64,000 nt of DNA, taken from an uncultured Candidatus Saccharibacteria bacterium (GTDB lineage: Bacteria > Patescibacteriota > Saccharimonadia > Saccharimonadales > UBA4665). Shown one piece after another: positions 17,963 to 28,007 of this stretch; position 1 is the first letter of the stretch, and each line of letters begins with the position of its first letter. The notes below the pieces were generated by a model. The model was given only the letters and a program-made list of their open reading frames with translations, made no database searches and had not been told where the DNA came from. The translations under genes and the position numbers were made by a program. The stretch spans positions 39,512 through 103,511 of the forward strand of contig CAZYJC010000002.1 of the NCBI GenBank assembly GCA_964647765.1, written 5' to 3'.

Positions 17963-19471
17963 ATGTTAGCAATACTGCTCGCTATAGTAGGGCTGGTTAT
18001 TGGTTTTGGCGCGGCCATGTTTATTAACCAGCAGCGTAAAGGTTCAGCCGAAGAAAAAGCTAAAAAAGAATTAGAAAAGGCTCGCAAAGAGTCTAACAAG
18101 ATGATTGAGCAGGCTCGAGAGGAGTCCCAAAAAGCAATCGAGCAAACTCGCAAGGAAGAACAGGCACGTCGCAAAGACCTCAAAGACTTAGAAGAGCGAG
18201 TTGTAGCGCGTGAAGAGGCACTCGACAAAAAGCTTGATCAATTAGACAAGCGCAGTGAATCATTACGCAAAAATGAGGATGAAGTTGAAGCTTTAAAAAA
18301 CGAAATTCGTTCGATTCGCACCAAACAACAGGAAAAATTAGAAAAAATAGCAAAGCTAACCAAAGCTGAAGCCGCTGATAAGCTTATGCAGATGACTGAG
18401 CGGGATATCAAGCAAGATTTGATTGGATTGGTTAACAAACTCCAAAACGATGCACGTGAGGATGCAGAGGAGCAGGCTGCTCTCATCATCACAACAGCAA
18501 TGGAGCGTATGGCTAGTGAGGTCACTGCGGAGCGTACAGTTACCAGTATGAAGCTCGAAGATGAAGAAATGAAAGGCCGCATAATTGGTAAAGAAGGACG
18601 TAATATTCAGGCCTTACAACGTGCTACCGGAGTCGATATCATGGTTGACGACACTCCTGGCTATATAGTCTTGAGTAGCTTTGATCCAGTACGCCGTGAA
18701 GTAGCTCGCCAAACGCTTGAAATGCTAATCAAGGACGGACGAATCCATCCAGGAAGAATTGAAGAAGTAGTCGCGAAGGCACAAAAGAACGTCGAAAAGG
18801 ACGTCATCAAGGCAGGCGAAGACGCTGCCCGAGAAGTAGGCGTAATCGGCATACCCAAGGAAATCCTTCAGTTATTAGGCGAACTGAAGTACCGAACAAG
18901 TTATGGCCAGAATGTTCTTAAGCACTCAACCGAAATGGCTCACATTGCTGGCGTAATTGCTGAAGAGGTCGGCGCCGACATTAAAACCGCTAAGTATGCA
19001 GCTTTGGTGCATGATCTAGGTAAGGCTTTGACTCACAAGATGGAAGGCAAGCATCACCACATTTCTGGAGAGATACTTCGTAAATATGGCGCCCCTGAAG
19101 AGGTCGCACTAGCTGCCGAGCAGCATCATGATGATGTTGAAGCAACAAGCGTCGAGGCACTGATTGTCCGCACAGTTGATGCAATTAGCGCTGCGAGGCC
19201 AGGTGCTCGCAATATTTCTGCTGAGAATTTTGGCGATCGTATGCGCGACCTCGAAAACGTTGCCAATGGTTTTCCTGGAATCGAAAAATCATACGCTATC
19301 AGTGCCGGGCGTGAAGTTAGAGTTTTTGTAAAACCCGAGCACGTAGATGATCTGAGCGCAATTAAGTTAGCCCGAGACATAGCTACAAAAATTGAATCAA
19401 CGATGCAATATCCTGGTACGATAAAGGTCAATGTCATTCGCGAGACCCGAGCGATAGAATTTGCCAAATAA
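17963..19471 (+). CDS. rny: Ribonuclease Y
   Basis: Has an N-terminal TM, a K/E-rich coiled coil, a KH domain (GRIIGKEGRNIQAL) and an HD domain (LVHDLGKA...HH). Confidence 0.95.
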   Translation: MLAILLAIVGLVIGFGAAMFINQQRKGSAEEKAKKELEKARKESNKMIEQAREESQKAIEQTRKEEQARRKDLKDLEERVVAREEALDKKLDQLDKRSESLRKNEDEVEALKNEIRSIRTKQQEKLEKIAKLTKAEAADKLMQMTERDIKQDLIGLVNKLQNDAREDAEEQAALIITTAMERMASEVTAERTVTSMKLEDEEMKGRIIGKEGRNIQALQRATGVDIMVDDTPGYIVLSSFDPVRREVARQTLEMLIKDGRIHPGRIEEVVAKAQKNVEKDVIKAGEDAAREVGVIGIPKEILQLLGELKYRTSYGQNVLKHSTEMAHIAGVIAEEVGADIKTAKYAALVHDLGKALTHKMEGKHHHISGEILRKYGAPEEVALAAEQHHDDVEATSVEALIVRTVDAISAARPGARNISAENFGDRMRDLENVANGFPGIEKSYAISAGREVRVFVKPEHVDDLSAIKLARDIATKIESTMQYPGTIKVNVIRETRAIEFAK

Positions 19472-19474
19472 AAA

Positions 19475-20278
19475 ATGCGAGTGCTCTACATAGGTGACGT
19501 CATGGGCGACGTGGGCCTAAATGTTGTGGCTGAAATACTGCCAGATTTACGCAAGCAAAAATCTATAGACATAGTTATAGCCCAAGCCGAAAACTTATCT
19601 CAAGGCAAAGGGATTTTAAAAGCGGACTATGGCAAGCTAAGATCCTGCGGCGTTGACTTTTGTACCGGCGGCAACTGGACCCTAGAGAAATCAGAGATTT
19701 ATGATCTGCTTGACAACTCTGAAGAGCCAATCGTCAGACCGGCAAACTATCCTTTAGGCACACCGGGCCTCGGGGCAAAAATAATACAGACAGCCGACAA
19801 CGATAAAGTTTTAGTTGTCAGCTTGCTTGGCAGCATCGTCGGTAAAGACAGCGAAAAACCTAGACAAAACCCCCTAAAAGTAATTGATGCTATTTTGCAA
19901 CAATATGAACAAGAAAATCTAGCAGCGGTCGTTGTGAATTTTCACGGTGATTACAGTAGCGAAAAAGTGGTCATCGGGCATTATCTCGATGGCAGAGCAA
20001 GCCTGGTGGTTGGTGATCATTGGCATGTTCCGACTGCGGATGCTCAGGTTCTACCAGGCGGCACCGCACACATAACTGATGTAGGCATGACCGGCAGTCT
20101 AGATTCTTCTTTGGGTGTTGAGTACGAAGTTATTATAGGACGCTGGCGAGACGGCCAAAAGAGACGAAACGTACTCGAGCAGGACGGACGTAAGCAGTTT
20201 AATGCCATACTAGTTGAAGTCGACGAGGTAACCGCACAGGCCAAGTCAATCGAGCCAATACGCCGGATCTTTGACTAG
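19475..20278 (+). CDS. ymdB: YmdB-family metallophosphoesterase (2',3'-cyclic-nucleotide phosphodiesterase-like)
   Basis: MRVLYIGDVMGDVG..., GGNWT, NFHGD and GDHWHVPTAD motifs. It shows the conserved rny-ymdB synteny. Confidence 0.85.
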   Translation: MRVLYIGDVMGDVGLNVVAEILPDLRKQKSIDIVIAQAENLSQGKGILKADYGKLRSCGVDFCTGGNWTLEKSEIYDLLDNSEEPIVRPANYPLGTPGLGAKIIQTADNDKVLVVSLLGSIVGKDSEKPRQNPLKVIDAILQQYEQENLAAVVVNFHGDYSSEKVVIGHYLDGRASLVVGDHWHVPTADAQVLPGGTAHITDVGMTGSLDSSLGVEYEVIIGRWRDGQKRRNVLEQDGRKQFNAILVEVDEVTAQAKSIEPIRRIFD

Positions 20279-20324
20279 TAATTTTGGTCGAAACCGGCTA
20301 TAATCACCTCAGTAATTTAGGGAT

Positions 20325-20403
<79 letters not shown>

Positions 20404-20419
20404 ACGGAGAGGTATATTT

Positions 20420-21046
20420 ATGTCTACAAAGACGACCATTTACTTAGTTAGACACGGCCAATCTGAGTCAAACAAAGCCGGACTCGTAAGCGGACAGAGC
20501 AATGATCCTGAACTTACTGATGAAGGGCGTCGCCAGGTACTCGAAACTCGTGAACATCTCAAACATATTGGTCATGATGCCGTCTATGCCTCGGATCTTA
20601 GACGCGCCGTCCAGACAGCAGAAATAATCCATGGAAAAGAATTGCCTAAATCTGCGCAAAGACGGGGATTAAGGGAAAAAAACTTTGGCAACGTTGACGG
20701 TAAGTCACGCAAATACCTAGAAGAGATCTACTACAAAACCCTAGATATGCCTGAAGACGATAGATGGGACTACCGGCATAGCCCAGATGCAGAAACTGAT
20801 GGCGAAGTAGCTTCAAGATTTTTATCGGAGGTTGCTCATTTGGCAGATGAGCACCAAGGCGAAACAATAATTCTGGTCACTCATGGATATTGCATCAGAA
20901 CATCCCTGATGAAACTTGGCTACGGCAAGCATGAAGATTTTCCCCCAGGATCTTTTTCTAATGCGGGCCACGTTGTGCTCGATTATGATGGCAAAAATTT
21001 TACAGTTAAAAAAGTTGTTGGCCACATAAAACCACCATCAAGATAG
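20420..21046 (+). CDS. Histidine phosphatase family protein (phosphoglycerate mutase-like)
   Basis: The motif IYLVRHGQSESN (RHG) and a later VTHG are present. The start is set at ATG 20420 after GGAGAGG. The longer ORF from 20366 runs through the tRNA-Pro gene. Confidence 0.85.
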   Translation: MSTKTTIYLVRHGQSESNKAGLVSGQSNDPELTDEGRRQVLETREHLKHIGHDAVYASDLRRAVQTAEIIHGKELPKSAQRRGLREKNFGNVDGKSRKYLEEIYYKTLDMPEDDRWDYRHSPDAETDGEVASRFLSEVAHLADEHQGETIILVTHGYCIRTSLMKLGYGKHEDFPPGSFSNAGHVVLDYDGKNFTVKKVVGHIKPPSR

Positions 21047-21091
21047 AATATTCTTTGGTATAATTTAATTTAGTTAGGTGGCAAAATAAAC

Positions 21092-21967
21092 ATGGAAGAA
21101 ACAACAAATACGCAGCCTCAATTTACGCCAAATCGTGGCCAGACTTATGCTCGCCGTCAGCCGATAAATGACTTTAGTAATCATCGCCCTAGTCGTCGGC
21201 TTGAGCCAACTCCACAAGCTGCACCAGCTCCACAAAATATGCAGCAGGGGACGCCAATTCCTGGATTGCCGTCTAAGCCAGATCAGCCAACTCGACCTCA
21301 GGCACCAAACCCGGCAGATTTTGCAGTATCCGACCCGGTCCACGACATAGCTAGCCCACTTTTTCAAAATCAGCCAATGCAGTCTCAAGTGCAACAAACG
21401 ACTTACAGTCAAAATTTCGGTCAACAAACCCAGCAAACAACGCCGGCTCAGCCTGAAGCAAAGGCAGCAGTCAAAAAATCTCCTATGCCTTTGGGGATAT
21501 ATTTGATCATCGGTTTCTCGTTTATTGCGATAATTATAAATTTTTTGAGGTCTTCTTCTTTTGGAGACATTACTTCACTGCTTATTATTCTGCAATCAAT
21601 CGCAGCACTTATGTTGTTCTTGCGCAAAAACTTTATTAGGATTGCCTTGATCGTTATCAGTACCGTTATAGTTATTGCTTCCCTAGCACTTATGGCAGTG
21701 ACATTTATTGACCATCAACGCATCAACACTCTTGAGGCGCAGTACAATCAGGCTGTTAGTAAACTTCCAATACCAAATTCAGCAGTTGGATCTGAGCAAA
21801 GCTCAACCAGTAATGAATTGGCGAACAATCAATCAGATATAAGTAATCTGAGACACCAATCTGGTAAGAATTTGAGCTATGCAATCGTAGGACAGTCGAT
21901 AGCGCTGTTGTATAGCATTGCAGTTATATGGTATTTAAGTCAGGCAAAAATTAAAAAAGTCTTTTAG
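21092..21967 (+). CDS. Hypothetical membrane protein with Pro/Gln-rich N-terminal tail
   Basis: About 130 aa of P/Q-rich low complexity, followed by several TM helices. Confidence 0.5.
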   Translation: MEETTNTQPQFTPNRGQTYARRQPINDFSNHRPSRRLEPTPQAAPAPQNMQQGTPIPGLPSKPDQPTRPQAPNPADFAVSDPVHDIASPLFQNQPMQSQVQQTTYSQNFGQQTQQTTPAQPEAKAAVKKSPMPLGIYLIIGFSFIAIIINFLRSSSFGDITSLLIILQSIAALMLFLRKNFIRIALIVISTVIVIASLALMAVTFIDHQRINTLEAQYNQAVSKLPIPNSAVGSEQSSTSNELANNQSDISNLRHQSGKNLSYAIVGQSIALLYSIAVIWYLSQAKIKKVF

Positions 21968-21991
21968 ACGAGCTTAGCGTACAATTGTTCT

Positions 21992-22630
21992 ATGGCGCTT
22001 ATATTTACTGTTGCTGTAGTTGCTCTGATCATATTAGGAAGCGAAATCTGGTGGCGTCGAAGTCGAATCCACGGTGAGTTTAGTAGGAAATTTGTACATA
22101 TTACTGTTGGTAGCTTTGTAGCTTTTTGGCCGTTTTATTTAGATTGGCGACAAATACAATTATTGAGCTTAGCATTTTTGCTTGTAGTAGGAATATCAAA
22201 ATATCTTAATTTCTTCCAGGCTATACATAGTGTGCAAAGGCCAACGTGGGGTGAGTTGTATTTTGCCTTGGCGGTGGGGATAGTGCCTTTTATTACCCAC
22301 GATAAATGGATTTTTACGGCAGCTATTTTACAGATGAGTTTAGCTGATGGGTTCGCTGCAGTCGTTGGTGAGCGATTCGGTAAACAATCTTATTTAATTT
22401 TTGGTCACCGTAAAAGTTTGGCAGGTAGTCTGACTTTTTACATTATCTCGATGGCTATTTTCGTATTCTATGTCTATGGCAGCGGTACTGATTTGAGTCC
22501 GTTTGTGGTTGTAGCCACCAGTTTAGTAGCAACCGGAGTAGAGAATGTAGCCGTAAAGGGTCTGGACAATATAGTGCTACCTATTTTTGTGGCTGTCGTA
22601 CTGAGCCGGTTGTTAGTTTTTGCAACTTAA
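21992..22630 (+). CDS. Polyprenol/dolichol/diacylglycerol kinase family (CTP-dependent, CdsA-fold) membrane protein
   Basis: A polytopic protein. SRKFVHITVGS and LADGFAAVVGERFGK resemble the SEC59/DGK1/VTE5-type family. Confidence 0.55.
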   Translation: MALIFTVAVVALIILGSEIWWRRSRIHGEFSRKFVHITVGSFVAFWPFYLDWRQIQLLSLAFLLVVGISKYLNFFQAIHSVQRPTWGELYFALAVGIVPFITHDKWIFTAAILQMSLADGFAAVVGERFGKQSYLIFGHRKSLAGSLTFYIISMAIFVFYVYGSGTDLSPFVVVATSLVATGVENVAVKGLDNIVLPIFVAVVLSRLLVFAT

Positions 22631-22636
22631 CTTATG

Positions 22637-24475
22637 TCAGGCCTCTAGTTTACCGGTGTGAGCCCTCAGCGCGTTAATTATCACAAATACGTCCACAACT
22701 TCTTGGACGATTGCTCCTGCCAGAGGAGTAAATTTACCTGTGGCAAAGATTAACATTAGCCCAATACTTAGGCCTATGCCTATTAAAATACTCTGACGAG
22801 CAATATAAAAAGTTCGCTTGGCAATGGCAAGTGCCGTAGCCACACGGCCAAAATTATCAAGCATAATTACGATATCTGCTGACTCACTGGCAGCTGTCGA
22901 TCCACGCGCCCCTAGAGCGATGCCAACGTCAGCTGCAGTTAAGATGGGAGCGTCGTTTACGCCGTCGCCAACGAAAACGATTGGTCTTTGTTTGACTCTT
23001 TCCATGATGTGTAGTTTGTCGGCTGGTAGGGCGTCGGCGTGGAATTGACTGATGCCTAATTCACTTGAAACTTTTGATGCAACAGCTTCATTATCGCCCG
23101 TGATCATAAGAATATTTTTTATACCCATTTCATAAATTGATCTGAGCGTAGAAGGGGTTTCGTCTCTAACTTGGTCTTCTAAAGATATGTAACCAGCGAG
23201 TGTACCATCAACGGCTACATATACAGCTGTTTTTTGAACAGTTTCAGGTTTAAAACTGCGAGGTAAGCTTACACCACTCTCCTCGATTAAGCTGAATCTA
23301 CCAACGATTATTTCTTGTCTTTTGATGGTCGCCGATAGGCCTCGTCCGTTTATTTCACTAACATGCTTGGCCTTTTTGAATTTTATATTCTTATGTCGAG
23401 CTGCAGTAACGATCGCCTGTGCCAAGATGTGACCAGAATTTTGTTCTAAGCTAGCGGCAATTCCAAGCACTGTATCTTGATCAAAGTTGCCAAAAACCGT
23501 AACCCCTTCAACTGCCAGGTTGCCGCTGGTGAGCGTGCCGGTTTTATCAAATGCCATACTTTTTGCCTCCGCAAGACGCTCCAAGGCAGTACCGCTTTTC
23601 ACAATGATTCCTTTACTGCTGGCACGTGACATGCCGCTAATTAAGGCAATAGGAGCTGCCAACAGAAGCGGACAGGGTGTTGCGACTACGATTACTTCTA
23701 GGAATCGGATGGCCTCTCCGCTGATAGCCCATACGCCGCAGGCAATTGCGTAGGCAAGAATGGTAAAAGGGATACTATATCTATCAGCCAGTCTTACAAA
23801 TGGAGCTTTGCTAGCGCTAGCGCTACTAACGAGTTTTATAATTTGCTGATATTGGCTGTCTTTGGCAGTAGCTGTGGCTTTAGCGGTCACTGCACCATCT
23901 ATATTTAGCGATCCGCTTAGAAGCGAGTCGCCTTTGGCTTTTGGCTCTGGTATGCTTTCACCAGTCAAAGATGATTCATCGAAGTTTGCTGCGCCCTCGA
24001 TTAATGTGGCATCAACCGCAACAAGCTCACCGGCGCGGATAAATATCTTGTCGCCAACTTTTATTTCATCGACTTTGACTTCAACTATTTTACCTTTGCG
24101 GAGCAGGTTGGCTTTTTGAGGAGCGTTTTTTAGCAGGCTTTTTAACTCGCTTTTTGCTCTGTTTTCGGCGTATTTTTCCAAAGCTTCGCCACCGGTTAGC
24201 ATAAGTACAATTACAATCGCCGCCCAATATTCTTTGAGCAGAAGTGATGCGATAATAGCTGTAGCAGCCAATATATCAATGCCGTATCGACCATTTCTGA
24301 AGTCCTTCCACATATTCCATAGAAGGGGAATTAACTCAACTGCAGCAACCACTGCTATGACTAAATTACTGGCCGATTTTTGACCAGCTAAAAGTAACCC
24401 TAATCCGATAATAATGGCTACAACTGCCAGGCTAAATATTCTGTACTCACTAATAAACTTTAGTGCTTTTTTCAT
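22637..24475 (-). CDS. P1B-type heavy-metal-translocating ATPase without N-terminal metal-binding domain
   Basis: DKTGTLT, MITGDN and GDGVNDAP motifs, plus the TM motif ATPCPLLLAAP. The start is moved to ATG 24475, preceded by GGAGAGAG; the ORF track start at 24502 lacks an SD. Confidence 0.9.
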   Translation of the reverse strand: MKKALKFISEYRIFSLAVVAIIIGLGLLLAGQKSASNLVIAVVAAVELIPLLWNMWKDFRNGRYGIDILAATAIIASLLLKEYWAAIVIVLMLTGGEALEKYAENRAKSELKSLLKNAPQKANLLRKGKIVEVKVDEIKVGDKIFIRAGELVAVDATLIEGAANFDESSLTGESIPEPKAKGDSLLSGSLNIDGAVTAKATATAKDSQYQQIIKLVSSASASKAPFVRLADRYSIPFTILAYAIACGVWAISGEAIRFLEVIVVATPCPLLLAAPIALISGMSRASSKGIIVKSGTALERLAEAKSMAFDKTGTLTSGNLAVEGVTVFGNFDQDTVLGIAASLEQNSGHILAQAIVTAARHKNIKFKKAKHVSEINGRGLSATIKRQEIIVGRFSLIEESGVSLPRSFKPETVQKTAVYVAVDGTLAGYISLEDQVRDETPSTLRSIYEMGIKNILMITGDNEAVASKVSSELGISQFHADALPADKLHIMERVKQRPIVFVGDGVNDAPILTAADVGIALGARGSTAASESADIVIMLDNFGRVATALAIAKRTFYIARQSILIGIGLSIGLMLIFATGKFTPLAGAIVQEVVDVFVIINALRAHTGKLEA

Positions 24476-24536
24476 TCTCTCTCCGTTTGTAATCTTAAAC
24501 ATAGTATATCAATTAAATGACGTCTAAAATGTACTA

Positions 24537-24980
24537 ATGGACCAAAATCTCAATTCGATGGCTGTTCGTGCTACTGCTCATTGCTTGACTGGTTGTGCAA
24601 TTGGCGAAATTCTGGGTAATGTAATTGGATCGAGTTTGGGTTGGACGGCCATGGCAACCGAAATGTTAGCAATACCGCTGGCTTTTTTATTTGGCTATGG
24701 CCTGACCATGCGACCACTACTTAAGCACGGCATGACCTTTCGCTCTTCATCTAAGCTGGCCTTGAAGTCCGATACTTTTTCGATTGCTACTATGGAAGTA
24801 GTAGACACCTTTATTCTTTTACTTATTCCTGGTGCTGTGTACGCTGGCCCTAAAAATCTCTTGTTTTGGGGCAGCCTGATTGTGTCGTTAATTTTTGCAT
24901 TTTTTGCTGCTGTGCCGGTAAACCGGTATCTGATAGCGAGAGGCAAAGGTCACGCGGTTATACACAAGCATCATCATTAA
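24537..24980 (+). CDS. DUF4396-like membrane protein
   Basis: ATAHCLTGCAIGEILG near the N-terminus, four TM helices and a His-rich C-terminus. It is divergent from the P-type ATPase. Confidence 0.6.
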   Translation: MDQNLNSMAVRATAHCLTGCAIGEILGNVIGSSLGWTAMATEMLAIPLAFLFGYGLTMRPLLKHGMTFRSSSKLALKSDTFSIATMEVVDTFILLLIPGAVYAGPKNLLFWGSLIVSLIFAFFAAVPVNRYLIARGKGHAVIHKHHH

Positions 24981-25042
24981 GACTTTACTCGTCATGCACA
25001 TTACTATACTATGTATAGTATTAACAAAATAAAGGAGTAAAA

Positions 25043-25978
25043 ATGAAAGCTGCTCAACTTATGGCCTATGGTGGCGAAGATTCAATTGTAATAAATGATA
25101 ATGTAGCAAAACCTAATATTGGTAAAGATGAAATATTAGTGAGGGTAGAGGCCTTTGGAATTAATCCTTTTGATGGCAAGGTAAGACAAGGCTACATGCA
25201 AGAAATGATTCCTTTGAACTTACCAGCAACACTTGGTAGCGATTTATCGGGCATCATTGATTCTATTGGCGAGGAAGTCGAAGATTTTGAAGTAGGTGAG
25301 CAAGTCTTTGGTGCGGCAAATTCTGTCGGAGGAAATGGATCTTACGCGGAATACAGTCCGGTTAAGGCATCCCAACTGGCAAAAAAGCCAGAAGGCCTTG
25401 AAGATACCATATCTGCTGGGATACCGCTCGCCGGCGCCAGTGCCTACCAAGCAATTTATGAGCATCTAGAATTAAAATCTGGGCAAAAAATATTGATTCA
25501 CGGTGGTGCCGGTGGCATCGGCAGCTTTGCCATTCAGCTTGCAAAAAACATTGGAGCCTACGTCGCAACTACTGTTAGTGATGATAGCTTTGAATTAGCT
25601 AAGTCACTTGGAGCAGACCAAGTAATTGACTATAAAAAGACCGATTTTACACAGGTGATTAAAGATTTCGACGCAGTGCTAGATACGATTGGCGGGGACA
25701 CCGGTATAAAAAGTTATCAGGTTTTAAAGTCCGGTGGCAAACTAGTTTCCTTATGGAGCCAACCAGATGAGGAGCTCATGAAAGTCAATCAAGTCGAGGC
25801 TGTATATCAGTTTACTTCTCCATCCGCTGATAAACTTGCAGTTCTGGCTGAACTTGTTAGCGCAGGCAAGATTAAGGTGATAATTGATAGTACTTATAAG
25901 TTTGACGAAACTGCCAAGGCTCTTGAGAAAGTTGTCAGTGGGCATCCTAGAGGCAAAGTCGTAGTTAGCTTGCGATAG
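25043..25978 (+). CDS. NADPH:quinone oxidoreductase / zinc-type alcohol dehydrogenase-like (MDR family)
   Basis: A GroES-like N-domain and a Rossmann HGGAGGIGSFAIQLAK. The C-terminus ends ...GHPRGKVVV. Confidence 0.85.
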   Translation: MKAAQLMAYGGEDSIVINDNVAKPNIGKDEILVRVEAFGINPFDGKVRQGYMQEMIPLNLPATLGSDLSGIIDSIGEEVEDFEVGEQVFGAANSVGGNGSYAEYSPVKASQLAKKPEGLEDTISAGIPLAGASAYQAIYEHLELKSGQKILIHGGAGGIGSFAIQLAKNIGAYVATTVSDDSFELAKSLGADQVIDYKKTDFTQVIKDFDAVLDTIGGDTGIKSYQVLKSGGKLVSLWSQPDEELMKVNQVEAVYQFTSPSADKLAVLAELVSAGKIKVIIDSTYKFDETAKALEKVVSGHPRGKVVVSLR

Positions 25979-26008
25979 TCACAGTTTGAAGCGCATAATG
26001 CTTACGTT

Positions 26009-27175
26009 ATGTTTGGCTTCAATTGGGTTGACCTAATAATCCTAGGACTGGTCGGCGCAGGAATATATTATGGTCTTAAAGCCGGCCTTTCAATTCTGCT
26101 TTTCGTGCTAGCAGGTTTCTTCGGGGCGTTATTCTTGGCGGGCTGGATTTTTCCCAAAATAATCCCTATTAATGATCCCGGTCTTTTAGCAATTGTTAAC
26201 GGTAATCTAGTGCTACTATTTGCAGTTTTTATAGCTGTAAAAGGATATGATTATGGTCAAAAATTTCGCTACTCACTTGGCAATGGCAAGTTATATCAAT
26301 TGGAGAATAAACTGGGAGTTGTTGTTAGTACATTAGCTGTGCTAGTTATCGCCTGGTTGGTTGGGGCGATGATCGGACGTTTACCTTTTGAAGGATTTAG
26401 CAATAGTGTGCGTGACTCATATGTAATCAGTCGCTTAGACGGTATGTTGCCGCCTATACCTGCCGTCTATGCTTTGTTTGACAAACAGGTCAATCCTAAC
26501 GCAGAACCATATGTAAAAACCGAAGCCGAGCCTAATCTAAGCAGCCTACCTAAATCAACTAATATGGAGCTAGCAATAAGCAAAGCCAAACAGTCAGTTG
26601 TGCGAATTACTAGTTTTGGCTGCGGTGGGTTGGTGTCTGGATCCGGGTTCGTGGTTGACCCAGAATTTGTTGCGACTAATGCTCACGTTGTTGCGGGTGT
26701 AGACCGACCGATCATCAAGTACAATAATCGTAGTTATGGGGGCCAAGTCGTGTTATTCGATGCGAACACGGATTTCGCAGTAATTAAGGTTCCGAAATTA
26801 CCGCTGAAACCGCTCGGGTTATCTAAATCGGATGTAAAGATTGATAGCCCTGTGATTATTGCAGGTTTCCCAAAAGGCAATCAAAGTATACAGCTTGGCG
26901 CCATCCGCAATTTTACCGAATTGTATGCCTCAAATATTTATAAAAATGCTGAAATAAAAAGACCGATTTATGAAGTACAAGCCAAAGTAGAGGATGGAAG
27001 TTCAGGCGGACCAGTAATATTGGCTAATGGCCAGGTTGCCGGTGTTTTGTTTGCCAGATCACAGAGCAACCCAGATTACGGTTTCGTGCTCACCTCACAG
27101 AGCTTAATCCAGGAAGTTGCTAATGCCGAGGGAAGTAACCGTCAAGTAAGTACTGGTATCTGCGTTACAGATTAG
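26009..27175 (+). CDS. CvpA-domain membrane protein fused to trypsin-like serine protease (MarP-like)
   Basis: An N-terminal CvpA-like 4-TM region, then GSGFVV...VATNAHVV (His), DFAV (Asp) and GSSGGPV (Ser). Confidence 0.8.
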   Translation: MFGFNWVDLIILGLVGAGIYYGLKAGLSILLFVLAGFFGALFLAGWIFPKIIPINDPGLLAIVNGNLVLLFAVFIAVKGYDYGQKFRYSLGNGKLYQLENKLGVVVSTLAVLVIAWLVGAMIGRLPFEGFSNSVRDSYVISRLDGMLPPIPAVYALFDKQVNPNAEPYVKTEAEPNLSSLPKSTNMELAISKAKQSVVRITSFGCGGLVSGSGFVVDPEFVATNAHVVAGVDRPIIKYNNRSYGGQVVLFDANTDFAVIKVPKLPLKPLGLSKSDVKIDSPVIIAGFPKGNQSIQLGAIRNFTELYASNIYKNAEIKRPIYEVQAKVEDGSSGGPVILANGQVAGVLFARSQSNPDYGFVLTSQSLIQEVANAEGSNRQVSTGICVTD

Positions 27176-27183
27176 AAAACTCT

Positions 27184-27987
27184 TTAACGGTCGATTTCTA
27201 CGCTTTGCACTTGAGGGAATGCGGCCAGTTTGTCTTTGTATAGATTGGCATCCTGTTTTGGCACAATAAAATATACAGCTCCAAGATTCGCCAGCTGACA
27301 ATACTTCTTTTGCGGCTGGAGCTTAAGAGTAATAAAATATTTTGCAACATCGTCACAGGTAGTTTGATCAGTAAAATACTGATCATTAAGTACTACGGTC
27401 AAACTAGCACAAAATGGTTGATCATCACTGCCAAAGCAAGTTTGAGTTATCTTCTTATCTGAGGGAGTGATCGACTTAATGCTAAAGTTGATCTTAGGTG
27501 AAGTAAGATCGCCCCAAACTACCGCGACTGTTCCGCTGCCAGTGCCTATTTGTGCGCCGGTTAGGTTTAAAGTATTTGTCCTTTTCTCGTTTGGAGCCAG
27601 TGTAAATTTGGCAATATCGGTCGTACAAGCTCCAGACGGACCCTGATCATTTATCAACAGTGTGGCGTTTTCTTGGCATGAACTCGAACCATACCATTCG
27701 TATTCGTCCTTGCCCTCGTTTGTCAGTGTTGCCAGCAAATCTATCTTCTCTGTGTAGCCAATGACGGATTTTGGATATATTACGCACAACTTGACGCTCG
27801 CTTTAGACGCACAAACCGATTTTGCTGTTTCTTTTTGGCTTTTTGCAGTTTTGGATGAGTCTGTTTTCTTGTTTTGATTATTGCGCACAACCACCAAAGT
27901 ACTGATTGTAAATACCGAAACTGCCAGTGCTATTAGGACGATAAATATTGAAAAACCAGACTGTTTGCTAGTACGCTGCATGTCCAA
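27184..27987 (-). CDS. Hypothetical Cys-rich exported protein with pilin-like N-terminus lacking Glu5
   Basis: The N-terminus ...SKQSGFSIFIVLIALAVSVF resembles a prepilin signal but has no Glu at +5. The mature part has about 9 Cys. Confidence 0.45.
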   Translation of the reverse strand: MDMQRTSKQSGFSIFIVLIALAVSVFTISTLVVVRNNQNKKTDSSKTAKSQKETAKSVCASKASVKLCVIYPKSVIGYTEKIDLLATLTNEGKDEYEWYGSSSCQENATLLINDQGPSGACTTDIAKFTLAPNEKRTNTLNLTGAQIGTGSGTVAVVWGDLTSPKINFSIKSITPSDKKITQTCFGSDDQPFCASLTVVLNDQYFTDQTTCDDVAKYFITLKLQPQKKYCQLANLGAVYFIVPKQDANLYKDKLAAFPQVQSVEIDR

Positions 27988-28007
27988 ATTTTAGCATAAG
28001 CAATAAA

